Positions 23,901 to 37,670 are shown, counted from the first letter of the stretch. The stretch is DNA of 64,000 nt from Magallana gigas (GCF_963853765.1 NC_088855.1:48732001-48796000); one strand, 5' to 3'. Notes: a model not told the origin generated them from the letters alone. A program made the numbers and translations.

Positions 23901-26900
23901 AGTCAAAAACTTCAAGAAATTCAAAAAGGTAAGGAAAATATAAGATTTTAAAATTAAATAAAAAAAAAATTGATAGAAGATAATTTCCCTTTTTAGCTCA
24001 CCGAGACGAAGTCAAGGAGAGCTTATGCTATACCCTCGGCGTCGGGGGTGGCGTCGGCGTCGGCGTCGGCGTCCGGACCTGGTTAAAGTTTTTGTTGCAG
24101 GTCCTGTATCCAAGCTATTACTTGTCCTATCTTCACCAAACTTGCATGGATGATGCATCTGGACCTACTTATGGAATTGAAAGACTTGGATGCTGAATCT
24201 GGGTCCTAAATTTTAGATGCTGGAGGAGTTTAAGGTTGTTGGACCAGGTTAAAGTTTTTGTTGCAGGTGCCCTTTGATAGCAATATCTAAGTTACTGCTG
24301 GTCCGTACTTCACCAAACTTGCATGGATGGTGTGCCTTATGATACTGATGCACCAGACAGGCTTGAGTGCTGAATCTAAGCTATAGGTTTCGGATGCTGG
24401 AGGAGGTTAAGGTTTTTGGAGCAGGTTAAAGTTTTTGTTGCGGGTGCCCATTGATAGCAATATCTAAGTACATGTAACTACTGGTCCTAACTTCACCAAA
24501 CTTGTATGGATGATGCGTCTTATGATACTGATGCACCTGACAAGCTTCAATGCTGAATCTGAGCAATAGGTTTCGGATGCTGGAAGAGGTTAAGGTTTTA
24601 AGAGCTGGTTAAAGTTTTTGTTGCAGGTGCCCTCTGATGATTATATCTTAGTTACTACTGGTCCTAACTTCACCAAACTTGTATGGATGGTGCGTCTTAT
24701 GATACTGATGCACCTGACAAGCTTGAATGCTGAATCTGAGCAATAGGTTTCGGATGCTGGAGGAGGTTAAGGTTTTAAGAGCTGGTTAAATAAAGTTTTT
24801 GAAATAGGTGCCCTCTGATGATGATATCTTAGTTATTACTTGTCCTTACTTCACAAGACTTCCATGGATGGTGTGTCTTATGATACTGATGCACCTGACA
24901 GGCTTGAATGCTGAGTCTGGTTTCGGATGCTGGATAAAGTTAAGTTTTTAGGAACAGGTCACATGTTTAATAGATGATAGTACTATTTCAAACTTGCATA
25001 GTTGATTTAACTGTAATATGAATGAATTGCAGAGGTAGCTTCAGATGCAGAGCTTGATCTCCATTATCAAGGATGCTAAAAAATAAATCTTAGTTATTAC
25101 AGGTCCTAACTTCACCAAACTTGAATGGATGGTGTGTCTTATGATACAGATGCACCTGACAGGCATAGATGCTGAATCTGAGCCATAAGTTGCAGATGCT
25201 GGAGGAAGTTAAGGTTTTAATTGCTAGTGCCCTCTGATGATGATATCTTAGTTATTACTGGTCCAAACTTCACCAAACTTGCATGGATGATGCGTCTTAT
25301 GATACCAATGCACCTGATGGGCTTGAATGCTGAATCTGAGCCATAGGTTTCGGATGCTGGATGAGGTTTAGTTTTTTGGAACAGGTCACATGTTTTATAG
25401 ATGATAGCTTGCATAGTTGATTTAACTTTATTATAAATTAAATGCAGAGGTTGCTTCAGATGCAGAGCCTGATCTCCATTATCAAGGATGCTAAAGAAAT
25501 CTCCTACCTCACTCAAACCAGCACGATAGATAGATGTGTTTGTTGATAAATGATATAACATGATTTCTATGATAAAGTTTTGTATGATATGAAACAATAT
25601 TGTTTGATATGATACAATATGATATCATATGTTATATTATAAAAGTTATACGATACGATATGATATTGTATCATTTTTTTTATTTTATGATATTGTATCA
25701 TGATATTGTTATGTATAGTATTGTATATTATGATACAATATTGTATAATATTATATTGTATTTTTAATTTATTATTTTATCACATGATACAATTACATAA
25801 GATATTGCAAAATATTATATTGTATCCTATGATACAATATTGTATATTCTATTATATTGTATCATACAATATTGTATAATATGATATTGGTTTCAGTAAT
25901 ATAGAATTATATCACATGAAATTGTATTATATGATATTGTAATATTATATAATATTGTATCATACGATATTGTATGATATGATATTGGTTTTTATGATAT
26001 ATTATCATATCACATGAAATTGTATTATATGATTTTGTAATATATATTATTGTGTCATATGATACAATATGTATAATATAATAATGTATTTTATAATATT
26101 TTACTTAATCACATGATATTGTATCATTTGATAAGATACAATGTTGGAATCACATTATATTGTATTATATGATATAATATCATATAATGTATCAAATATG
26201 TTTCAGTGTCATTCAATACAATATCAAAACAGAATCCATGAATATCCAAGATCATAAAGTATGATTTTCATATAAAATGATAAAGGTGGTCTTATGTAGG
26301 TGATGTCTCATAAGGGTGATGCTCCGTCTCGGTGAGCTTAGTAATCTATGATTACCTATGTTTTGTAAATTATATTAATACTAATTAATCTTTTCACTCA
26401 GAATCAGAACTGTGGAACCAATGGCCTTCCTCGTATTATTGGGGGAAGCGATCTACAGCCACATGTTCCTGCACAGAGGAAGGAGGTTGAGGACTGGTTC
26501 AGAGAAGCTTTGGAGGTAAAGGGTTGAGTTATTTAATTTTACAACATGGAAACATAAAGCCAACGAACTATGTCGAAACCTTTTTATATTCAACACAAAA
26601 TCACAAACACGGGATGCACTATGCACAATCACAATACGCACACAACAAAACAAATCTTAGATCAATTAACAGACAAGTTGTGCGAAGACATTTTGATAAC
26701 ATCATGAATTCAGGATGACATAACTAATAATGTGATAGCTTTACAAGAGGACTTGGTTCTCTGACCTTCTTGGGAATTGAAATTGTGTAATTAATAATAT
26801 ATCAAAGATGTAGATTTTTTTGAAGATATTGAATTTAAAACTTTGTTTCTTGAACATTTTTCTCTATCTCAGTTTTAACATGAAGAGGTCTTTGTGAATG

Positions 26901-27298
26901 TTGAATAGATAGAAATAGTGTATCGACAGTAAAACTATTGCCTGTCCTTACTAAATGTCAACACACATGTATTTACAGGCTGAGAGCCAACAGTCAGAGG
27001 CTGAGAGGAGAGCTCAGGAACTGTTTGAGTACGTACCGTACTTGTGTTTGTTGTGATATCTTTTGTACATGTATACACGTTAATATTTAGTATGTCACAT
27101 GTATCTCGCACATACTATGTGTGTAGTTATCGCATGTTTCTGTAGAATCTAGATTTTCGTTTTCTGTGAGATTATTTTTACATTGCATACAAAAGATCTA
27201 GGATACAGAGGAAATGCTACATTAGATATTGATTTCATGTGTTTTTTACTTGTAGTTACGAACCAAACAAGACAGTAAATAAAAGACGAGGCCGATGA
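17960..27298 (+). CDS. NBN: Nibrin (NBS1): FHA-BRCT-BRCT, C-terminal MRE11- and ATM-binding motifs
   Basis: Exons 17960-17990, 18109-18242, 19233-19381, 20038-20197, 20378-20481, 20661-20778, 21065-21258, 21352-21443, 21537-21621, 21719-21788, 22269-22399, 22517-23399, 23500-23583, 23743-23928, 26402-26515, 26979-27028, 27256-27298. MWLLKP start; FHA motifs YIVGRKDC, SRKHA, DLSKFGTW; BRCT LGGHMVNEW...VTIKVISAL; KNFKKFKK; LPRIIGGSDL; terminal ELFDYEP..KRR. Confidence 0.95.
23992..26363 (+). mobile_element. HINE-like element with (ggcgtc)n microsatellite, ~167-183-bp internal tandem array (6-7 units) and AT-rich simple-repeat tail
   Basis: Starts ttttagctcaccgagacgaagtc; ends ccgtctcggtgagcttagtaatctatgattacctatgttt (inverted gctcaccgagac pair). 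Units ggttaaagtttttgttgcagg at about 24080, 24247, 24424, 24607, 24786. Same family as 39803-43755. Confidence 0.85.
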
Positions 27299-27923
27299 AA
27301 TACATGTAGATGTCCTTTGCAATCTGAATGTAGAAATGTTATTGTTTTACAAATATTTGTTCTCTAATAAATAGGTGCTCTTATTGGTAGCTTTTATGAT
27401 TTTAATTGATATATCATATGGTAAATTTCTACTGAATGTACATGTAACATACTGTATGATAAATTCAATCAGATTAAAATCAGATCCTCGATCCACTCCT
27501 CGTTTTTCTATTTGCAATCTACGTGAGCGGATCAAAGGATCTGATTTTTAATCACATTATATGATAAATTATATGATAAATTATATGTACAAAATATAAT
27601 CATATGTGACACTATGCATAATGTAACGGCATTACATTTAGTGTGAACGATTATTCTGTAAGCGGGGTCTGAAGCAGCCAATTTTAGAATGTGCCTATAT
27701 ACGTATATGGATGGCATTTGGCAATGTAGTTGATTTAGCAGAATTGGCTTTCTGCCTAAATTTCTGGAAAGGATACCTAGCCAAATGTAATACATTAACA
27801 GTAATCATATTTGTTTCTCTGGTGAACCATGTGGCCCATTCGCCTCTTTAAGTAATTTCATGCCTCTTGTGTTAATAAAGCCTCAATATTTTCTTTTTCA
27901 AGCAGTGTGTCACAATTGGGTAT

Positions 27924-28270
27924 CTATTCTGGAGAATATTGGATTAGGGGTGGGGGGCAATTTTTAAAATTGATATATGGAAACGAGCTGATTTAGAGAA
28001 GTCTTTTTGAATATTGACTACCTGATATTCAATTATTAAATAATAGGCAAAACAACTTAAAATTTTTTAGTTTACTTCATATAAACCATGTGGATACTAT
28101 TCTGGAGAATATTGGATTGGGGGTGGGGGGCAATTTTTAAAAATGATATATGGAAAAGAGCTGATTTAGAGAAGTCTTTTTGAATATTGACTACCTGATA
28201 TTCAATCATTAAATAATAGGCAAAACAACTTAGAAATTTTTAGTTTACTTCATATAAACCATGTGGATAC
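27924..28270. repeat. Tandem duplication, 2 x 173 bp, between NBN and TWNK
   Basis: ctattctggagaatattggatt...catataaaccatgtggatact starts at 27924 and 28097. Confidence 0.92.
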
Positions 28271-29092
28271 TAAAAAGGCATCTTTCCCAAGACAAGGGTT
28301 TCTGATCCGCACCGCTGAGAAGCAGTGCGAATCAGAAAACCTCGACTTGTGAGTATGATAAAAAGATCCACTACGGGGATCGAATTCCAAATTTTACATA
28401 GCGTTGTACATATACATGTAATTAAGAATTTCAATGAAAAGTGTACATGCCAACGAATTGAGAAAAAAGTGGATATATCATGAAATATTGGTAACAATAA
28501 TTATGGATCTTCTTTTATAAAATTATTTTCTATGAATTTCAATACAAGTAAACAAGTAAAATTGCTTTATTAGAGACAAAAACTATTTATTTCAGTGTGA
28601 AAAATGTCCTTTCCTAATATGAGAGAATGCACCATGGTTTTTGTACAGCACTGATCCCATTCTCTTATCCGGAAAACGGAGTTCTTCAATCCCGGTTTTA
28701 ATTTTATCGACCTTGTGTCATTTCCTTCACTATAAAATGCGAGGGAAAACATTGCATGCATTGACCCAATCGTAACTACTGAACATTGACCATGTGTAGA
28801 GAATTATGAGATGTTTATATTTCAACGTTTTGCCTAAAGAGCGTTAGGATGGCCATCCTTACTTGAATCGTAAGCAAAATACTGAAAAAAATGAATTGGT
28901 TCCGTTCACGTGTTTTGCGTTTGTATACACATAGATAATAGGCTTTGCCTCATTAATGATAAAAACTTAACTGGTGTATGGTTACTATGTGCATGGACCA
29001 AATGAATGATTAAGGAAACCAAAATATGGAACATATTCATTATTTAGGAAGTATTTTTTGACACATAGGTGCACATACACGTATATGCAGAA

Positions 29093-32000
29093 ATGGGAAT
29101 CTGGAGCTCTGCTAAAAAACTAGATAAAGCTGTCTTGGTTCATCAGCTGAGGTTTGCCAACAGCTACATTCAGAGTCCCAAACAGTTAATTTCATCACAG
29201 CAGTGTTTGACTTACTCAAGACTCACAGCTGTTCTTCAGCTGAGATCTACAAAGAATATATGCAGGTTCTACTGCACTGCTGACAATCAGTATGGAGCAA
29301 AAGGAGCTGTGCAAATAAACAGCGATGAAGATCAAGAAGAAAAAGAAGGCAACATGGATACGTCTGAAATGGAGACCCAGTCTGAAAGTAGTCGAAGTAA
29401 AAGGAAGAACACTGCTATGAGAAATACAATTAGGAACTTCTTGATGAACCACAAGTTATCCTTTGAATTAGGTCACACTCATTTTATTGCCAACTGTCAT
29501 GCTGCACAATCAAGTCCTCAGACAGGGAAGAAGAACTTGTATATAAACTATAACACAGGTACAGTGTATATTTATTTTTATGAGTAAAAAATAATTTGGG
29601 AAAAAAATATTTCTGGTTTAACGTGTGGTAAATGAGGACGTGAATGCGTTTACCAGTTTTGATTAAAATTGTCCTATAAATGTGCTTTACATATTTTTAG
29701 GTTCCTTTGTGTGTACCACTTGTCATCATTATGGAGAGTGGTCAAGCCTGAGGAGGAAAGTTTTGTCTGATGCAAAATGCACAGACTTGTAAGTATTTAG
29801 GTGGCTGACTTCATTTTTCACTCAGCATTTTTCATAATCTAGTAAAAAACAATGTATTTGATTATACCTTTTAAGAAATTGTTTCAATGCCATTTATGAC
29901 ATGAAAAAAAAAGATAAAAAATAATTTAATTTTTTAAAAGAAAATTGTATTTTGTTTATTATTTTTCCATTGTTCAGTAGTTGAGCATTGTCATTGTGTG
30001 TGTTTTTATGACAATTGATAAAATAAATTGATAAAATGAAGCTCTGTAGGAGTATGTTGTAAGAAATAACATAAAGGAAAAGTTCAGCTCTGGAAATTTT
30101 ACGCACAAAATTATACTTTACGCAAGTTATTTTTTAAAATTTTTAAATGAATCTATTGTACCAATCTACATTTGTAATACTCCAAACACTTTGGTGCATT
30201 TTGATATTTTGAGACCCCCATTTAAAACCAAATTATAGAATTTAGTGTAATTTACATGTAAGATAAAAAATGACATTACTAATTAAATATTACAATTTCA
30301 GAAAAATTACTATATAAATAGTATTTTTTAAAATCTGCTTCGAAGTGCAAAAAATGACAATTTCCTGTAATAAATGTATCTGTATTTTGAAATTGCCACA
30401 AAAAAGAATCAGGTGATAGATTTTCATGAAATGTTGCAAATATACTTGAGTTGTTGTTTATTACATGATGTTAAAAGATAAAGAGTTTTGATATTGCAGA
30501 TTTTTAACAATCTTATCAGCCTCCTTAAAATAAATGTTTTTACATTATTTAACAATGTTCAGTTGTTCAATGTGAACTGTAAACACATGTATATGTATAT
30601 CATTAACAGAAAGACCTCAGAGTGTTTTCAAGATAAAGAAGAATCTGAGAGAGTGGGTAACTACTGCGACCATGGCATGGATTTCACAGAGAATAAAGAA
30701 CCAATCACCTCCATGTATGAAGAGGAGTTCACAGCCATGACTCATCTCTATCACTGTCAGGTAGCGACAACTAAACATACTGTGTTCCTTGAGCTTTCAT
30801 TTGTTGATATTATGATATCATTTCATCTTTCTTCTTTTCCATTGTTCAAGTAGTCAGTTTGAGAATGAAATCAATTTAGTTTTCATAAACAGTACATGTA
30901 TCAAGGTAATTATTGTGTACAGTCATTATATTTAATTAATCATGAAAAGTAGTACATGTATGTACCGGTAAACAGGTATGGTCACAGTGATGTTTGTCAA
31001 GTTTGATTGTGCAAGCAACAAAATTAAACATTCAAATGTTACTGTAATGTTACTTCAAGGACAAGTTTGCATTTCAGGGATTAAAACCTGAAACATTTGC
31101 CAGACATGGTGTCATGTACACGACAGATGATAACAATCTTCCAACCCTCCATCTCCCTTACGTCAACCCAGACCAGCGAACAGTTGGGATGAGGACCATG
31201 TTTCTCCAGCATGCAGTAAAACCCCCAGAACAGGACTCGGTTGTGGGCAGGGAAGAGGGGGAAGAGGGGCACATGTTTGATGTGGTCAAGAGCTTCCAAC
31301 CAAGGTTTGTTAGAACATCCCTGGTACTATGAAAATGGAGGCCAAATATAGTTTTTAAAGATTATTGAAAGTGTAATTTTGTACATTTCTATTATATGTA
31401 CATGTATAATGAAGATTTTAAGGTATGTATCGTGAAGAAAAACTGTGCCTAATTGGAGTTGTATTTTCATTGGTATGGGATAGTGATTAGATTTAATGAT
31501 CCCACAGTATCTTCTGGTATTTATCCTTTGTTAACACACCTGAAAGAATTTGAAGTTGAAAAAAGAATTTTATTATTTATGCTGAAAACAACTTGATAAA
31601 CTTTTCTTGTTTACTAACAGGATTGGATTTCAGCAGCTATTTGGTTGGCATGGTTACCAGGCAAATGTCAAGAAATATGATAAGGTTGTTATTACATCCT
31701 CAGAATTTGATGCTATGGCGATCACACAAGAAACTGACATGCTTGGGCTGTCTGTGCCTAAGGGGACAGAACTTCCACTGGAGGTAAACTATGAATACAA
31801 GGATATATACATGTACTAATTGTCTTGCTCATGCTTTATTGTGGAAATTGTTTGCCTGTTTTTGCTTAAAATATCATTCTCGCATTAATTAAATACAGAT
31901 TTCAATAAAATATACAGTTGAACTTTGAAAATGGGTATCTTGATAAAAATTGATATTTGTAACAGAGTAAGATGTATCAGTTGCTGTAACTTTTGTATTT

Positions 32001-34835
32001 TCACCTATAAATCTCAAAGTTTCAGATATCTCAAACCATCAAGTTATAGATAATGAGGTTTGATTGATATGGTATTAATCAAATGTGAGAAAAATTCTCA
32101 TTGAATATGAATGTAGGAGAGAAAAATTTATGTTTTGTAATGAGTTACATTGCATACAAGTATGTATGTTTTCTAGTGCTTACATTCCTTGGAACATGTA
32201 AAACATATTATCATTTGGCTTGGAGCTAATGATGCTACTCGAGCCACATCAAAACTATTTGCCAAGAAACTGGCTGGGAAAAATCGATGTTCAATTGTCA
32301 GGTTTGTAATCAATGAAACTATTAATTTTCCATCTTTGATATTTTAGGTATTTTGTTTATTGATTATATTTTAAGCATTAAATGTACTTTGTTTCAGGCC
32401 AGAAATTGTCAAAGTGTCTGGTCCTTTGGATGCTTTACAGAAAAAGAAAAAATTAAAGGAAATTCTGAAGGAGAGTGTTCCTGTCGATCTGGACAACATC
32501 GTGGGATTCGACAGGTTGACCAGCGAAGTGTACGCTGAGTTTGCAAATGTGGAACAGGTGACAGGGGTCAAGGTCAGTTCTTGGTGGTTTACTTTTTTTT
32601 TTTTTTACAGTGGAATCGTATGGTGCTGAAAACATTTCAAGGTAGATGTATGTAGGCAATCAAGTTAACAATCATCTAGCAAGAATTGTTCATCTTTGTA
32701 TATTTAAATCGAATAAGGGATATCAAAAATTGAAAACCAGTAATTTATTTAAAATTTCTTCTAGCTATGCATTCAAAAAATATATACCATAATAGAAATT
32801 GTACCGATTTACAATGATTTTCCAGTGGAGAAGGTTTGCCCAGATGAACAATCTGTTGCGTGGTCTGCGCCCCGGGGAGCTGACCCTTTTCACTGGAACC
32901 ACTGGCTGTGGAAAGACAACGTTTCTTGGGGAGTACTCACTGGATTTGTGTATGCAGGGTGTAAGTGTTTTTAAAGTGAAATTCATAATCCAACTCTGGA
33001 TTTATGGGTGACCCTGTATTAGTTTATACTAATAGAAATAAACGTTACCATATCTATGCAAGTACATGTACCTATTACAAAATACTTGAAAAATTTATTG
33101 TTTCAGGTTAATACACTTTGGGGGAGTTTTGAGATAAATAACATTCGTATGGCGAAAATGTTGCTGAAACAATTTGCAGTGTAAGTATCAGTTATCATTT
33201 TGAGACTTTGAATTTTGCATGGACCAGCACCTGACCAAATTGAAGATTTTTATTGAATGATTTTTTGACTCTTCTTGGGACTGATAGGTTTTTTTAAATA
33301 ACAAAATTTTTACAGGAAGTCATTTGAAGATTCTCTTGAGGATTTCACTCCATGGGCCAACCGCTTCAAAGAACTGCCATTGTATTTTATGACTTTTCAT
33401 GGACAGGAAGATTTTGAAATTGTCAAAGAAGTAGGTATTTTGCTCTGCCTATCAGTTTTTTCAATTTTTGTTGTTTTTATTTTTTACAAATTCTAAAGAT
33501 TCATACTGTAACAGAGACAGATATTGGCTTCACATGGATTTGATCCCAGGTCTTTTGGCAACATAATGGTTGAGCTAAGAGGTTAACTTACAATAATGCC
33601 ATATATCTCAAATACCAGTTTTCATACTGATTTCTAGTTTAATGCTATTTTATAACAATTTGGAATCAAGCCATTGAAAATACTAGGGACAATGATATAC
33701 ATATAAATTTGTTTTAGACGTTGATACGGGCTGTGTATACAAATGATGTACAACACATCATTCTGGACAACCTGCAGTTTATGATTGGGACGGGCTATGA
33801 CAGCAACTTTAATAAGTTTGATATTCAGGATCATATAATTGGAGAACTAAGGAAGTTTGCTACCAATTTTAACTGCCATGTGACTCTAGTAATACACCCC
33901 CGGAAGGTAAGAGTATCAGTAATGAGTTTTCAGCATACAGATGCACTTCTTTAAAACTGGACAGAATTTAAATGGTTATCATAAATATGTGAATTTTAAA
34001 ACTTTCATAATATTTAATTTCTGTGTTTCTTACATGTGCATGTATTTTGAAAACAGGTGGTTAAAACAATTAAGTAATATATTAATATTTTACATTTTAA
34101 TCCTATTATTGTGTAAAATGAGGTTGATTATTTGTGTCTCTTATGTTGAAAACTGGCTATTGAAGTAAAAGTTTTGAATTTAACAGTACATGTATTACTG
34201 TCTATACACTATGGTAAAATGTACAGGGTGTTGAACTGACTTGATTACAGGAAAACATTGATCAAGAAATCACCATCAGTTCTATCTATGGAAGTGCTAA
34301 AGCCACACAGGAGGCGGACAATGTCCTGATTTTACAGACAAGGAGATTATCAGCAGCGACTGCCAAAAAATATATCCAGGTCAGGCTCAAACAGTCGATC
34401 ATAATTACACATTTTAAAAAGTTTTGTAGAACTTTGTGTAACTTATTTTTAAGGCACTGAACTATCTTAATTTTAAATTATGTAAATATTCAAATTAGTG
34501 AATTGATCAATTAACATGAAATTTCAAAGTAAAAGTAATTGCAACACTAGAACTTAGTTTACTTGACACTTTTTCAGCAGCACTAATTTTCATCTGATTC
34601 CTTGCAGGTTGTAAAGAACCGCTTTGATGGAACCACAGGAACTATGATGTTAAAGTTTGACAAGGAATCCCTGACATTCTCTGGAGTTAAATCCAGCAAG
34701 AAGAAGTCAAAGGAGAAAGTAGCAGAACGTACTGAGGAGGATGTCATTGAGGAGAAAAAACTAAACTACAAGGTTGTTGTGGACATGGATGGGGTAGACG
34801 AAAAAAGGCTGCCCGATGATCTGTTCAACATGTAG
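29093..34835 (+). CDS. TWNK: Twinkle mitochondrial DNA helicase (T7 gp4-like)
   Basis: Exons 29093-29558, 29701-29788, 30610-30760, 31078-31304, 31621-31783, 32177-32301, 32398-32572, 32826-32960, 33107-33180, 33316-33430, 33718-33906, 34251-34379, 34608-34835. Walker [17 protein letters not shown]; LWGSFEINN; Walker [11 protein letters not shown]; [10 protein letters not shown]; [19 protein letters not shown]; [10 protein letters not shown]. Confidence 0.96.
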
Positions 34836-34952
34836 GCATGAACTAGGTCTACGGTGTAGGATAAACCTACAGTATAGATCCATATAAGCTGCATGATAAT
34901 CTGTTCAACATGTAGGAGGGAACTAGGTCTACGGTGTAGGAAAAACCTTCAG
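34808..34952 (+). repeat. 80-bp tandem duplication spanning the TWNK stop codon
   Basis: ctgttcaacatgtagg...aactaggtctacggtgtagg occurs at 34821 and 34901. Confidence 0.9.
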
Positions 34953-35264
34953 TTTAGGATAAACCTTCAGTGTAACCCATTAAAATCTGCCTGAAGACAT
35001 ACTCATAATATTGGAAGGAACCAGTCGTACAGAGTAGAATAAACATAAATTAAAGTAAAAGCAGTATATACATGTATGGCAGACTCCCTCTATATACATG
35101 TATGTTCAACCTATAGGAAGAAGTAGGATGAACCTGTATACACCTAATACTATGCAGACTCCTTCAGTATCCGTATAATATTTAAGAAGAACAAATTGAA
35201 AATGGGATTAAACCATGATGTATACAAATGAAACAATCAACTTTTCCTTGATAACTGTGTATGA

Positions 35265-35440
35265 TACAATGAAACACAGTTATAGTAAACACGCGTATAA
35301 TAGATTGACAATTACAGCGATGTGATTTTCATATTCCGTGACTCTATTACATGTTGTAAATGACAGATATAGCAAATTACGCTTATAACAAAGCAAAATC
35401 ACTCGTCCCTGGCACTTTTTTATAAGCATGTTGTACTGTA
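35265..35440. mobile_element. Short Tc1/mariner (pogo/Tigger-like) MITE downstream of the TWNK stop
   Basis: tacaatgaaacacagttata ... tataagcatgttgtactgta: imperfect TIRs with TA flanks. Confidence 0.6.
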
Positions 35441-36399
35441 TTGAGTGATTGGTGGAGAAATAGGGTATCTAGTTATTCCTTGAATTTTTAAGTGTTGATA
35501 TGTGATGAAGTGTCTCTATATGAATGATATTTGATCTTTATTGGTTGTATAGATGTTTGTTTTGTATCGCTTTGTTTAACTGTTGTAAATTCTACATATT
35601 TGTGTAATCCAGTGCTACTGCCTTGCCATTTTTACCGCTACAATTTTAAATACAAAGAATTTCGTAATAGGCCGAACGTTTGAATGATATGAAGTCATTT
35701 TATGTTAACCTTGAACTTTGGTCTATGGCTAATTACTGAGTAAGTGTTTTGAGGTGAGCTAGTTATGCATATTTTAGTTGTTGAACTTTACCTTTGTTAT
35801 TTTGTTTCTGATATTTTACTGTATAATGATGGGCATTATTGTTAAACATTTTCATCATGTGTTCATGGTATAAGTGTTCATGAAGTGTTAATCCATTTTA
35901 TATACAGTTACAATTTTTTTATGGAGTTTGTGCACATTTCCTTTAGCTTTCTTGACTTTGAGCTTCATTATATACAGGAACAGTCAGCAGGTAGAATGAA
36001 TTGGAAGAGAATAGGAATCTGTATTCATGTACATGTATATGGATAAAATCTGCAGTTTTTAAGGACCATTTGAGGGGATTTATTGAAAAGTTTATTCTTT
36101 TTGGTCCATAGAGCTGCTGTTTTACAATTTCTCTTCCTCATAGATTTATGGTTGTACTAGATCAAAGGTAAACGTTCTATAGATATATTAAGTTATATGT
36201 TTTGTTGTAGCTTAAATATATTAGGTATTAGTTAAATTACAAAGTCATGAAATAAAATGTTTGTATTTATGTGAATTTATTTTTTAAACAAAGTACTCGG
36301 TTTGATATGATACACATGTATTTACATATGTACTTTAGATCCTGTTTCATTGACATTGTCTATCATCTTAAGTACAGGTATGTGTTCAGTAACAGATCA

Positions 36400-37670
36400 T
36401 TATACCCCCGCTCCGAATGAGAGGGGGTATACTGTTTTACCCTTGTGTGTCTGTCTGTCCGTCTGTGTCCGTCCGTAACAAAAATTTCTGTCGCATTTAT
36501 CTCAGCAACTATTTATCGCAGATGCTTGAAATTTTTACACAGTGTTTGTTAAGGCATGCCATATTGTGGGATGTATTTTTGTACCAATCGGATGTCAACT
36601 TCCTGTTAAATGACGACTTTGCTTATTTTTTAACCAAAATTTTCAAACAAATTTTCCTCAAAGATTTCTAAGCAACTATTTATCGCAGATGCTTGAAATT
36701 TTTACACAATATTTGTATAGGCATGCCATATTGTGGGATATATTTTTGTACCAATCAGACGTCAACTTCCTGTTAAATGACGACTTTGTTTATTTTTAGC
36801 AAAAATTTTCAAACAAATTTTCATCAAAGAATTCTCAGCAACTGTTAATTGCAGATGCTTTAAATTTTTACACAGTATTTGTATAGGCATGCCATATCAG
36901 GGGATATATTTTTGTACCAATCGGACCTCAACTTCCTGTTAAATGACGGCTTTGTTTATTTTTTGCAAAAATTTTCAAACAAATTTTTGTCAAATGTTTA
37001 TCGCAGATGCTTGAAATTTTTACACAGTATTTGTATAGGCATGCTATTTCGTGGGATATATTTTTGACCAATCGGACGTCAACTTCCTGTTAAATGAGTA
37101 CTTTGTTTATTTTTAGCCAAAATTTTCAAACAAATTTCCGTCAAAGATTTCTCAGCAACTATTTATCGCAGATGCTTGAAATTTTAACACACTATTTGTT
37201 TTGGCATGCCATATTGTGGGATATATTTTTGTATCAATCAGACGTCAACTTCCTTTTAAATAATGACTTTGTTTATTTTTAGCCAAAATTGTCAAACAAA
37301 TTTTTGTCAAAGATTTCTTAGCAGCTATTTATCGCAGATGCTTGAAATTTTTACACAGTGTTTGTTAAGGCATGCCATATCGTGGGATATATTTTTGTAC
37401 CAATTGGACGTCAACTTCCTGTTAAATGAGTACTTTGTTTATTTTAGCCAAAATTTTCAAACAAATTTTCCTCAAAGATTTCTTAGCATCTATTTATCGC
37501 AGAATCTTGAAATTTTAACACACTATTTGTTCAGGCATGCCATATTGTGGGATATATTTCTATACCAATCGGATGCCAGCTTTCTGTTAAATGTCGATTT
37601 TGTTTATTTTGCATATTCACATCAGAGCGGGGGTATCACTAGTGAGCATCCACTCACAGATATCTTGTTT
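36400..37670 (+). mobile_element. HINE with (gtcy)n microsatellite and about 7 x 150-168-bp satellite units
   Basis: Starts ttatacccccgctccgaatgagagggggtata, then tgtctgtctgtccgtc. Unit tttatcgcagatgcttgaaatttttacaca recurs at about 36512, 36679, 36845, 36997, 37161, 37329, 37492. Ends cagagcgggggtat...cactcacagatatcttgtt. Confidence 0.88.

Noticed and set aside
25600-26230. AT-rich atatgatac/tattgtat tract as a separate functional element
   Set aside because: It is the internal simple-repeat tail of the HINE family and recurs in the sister copy at 41-43.6 kb.
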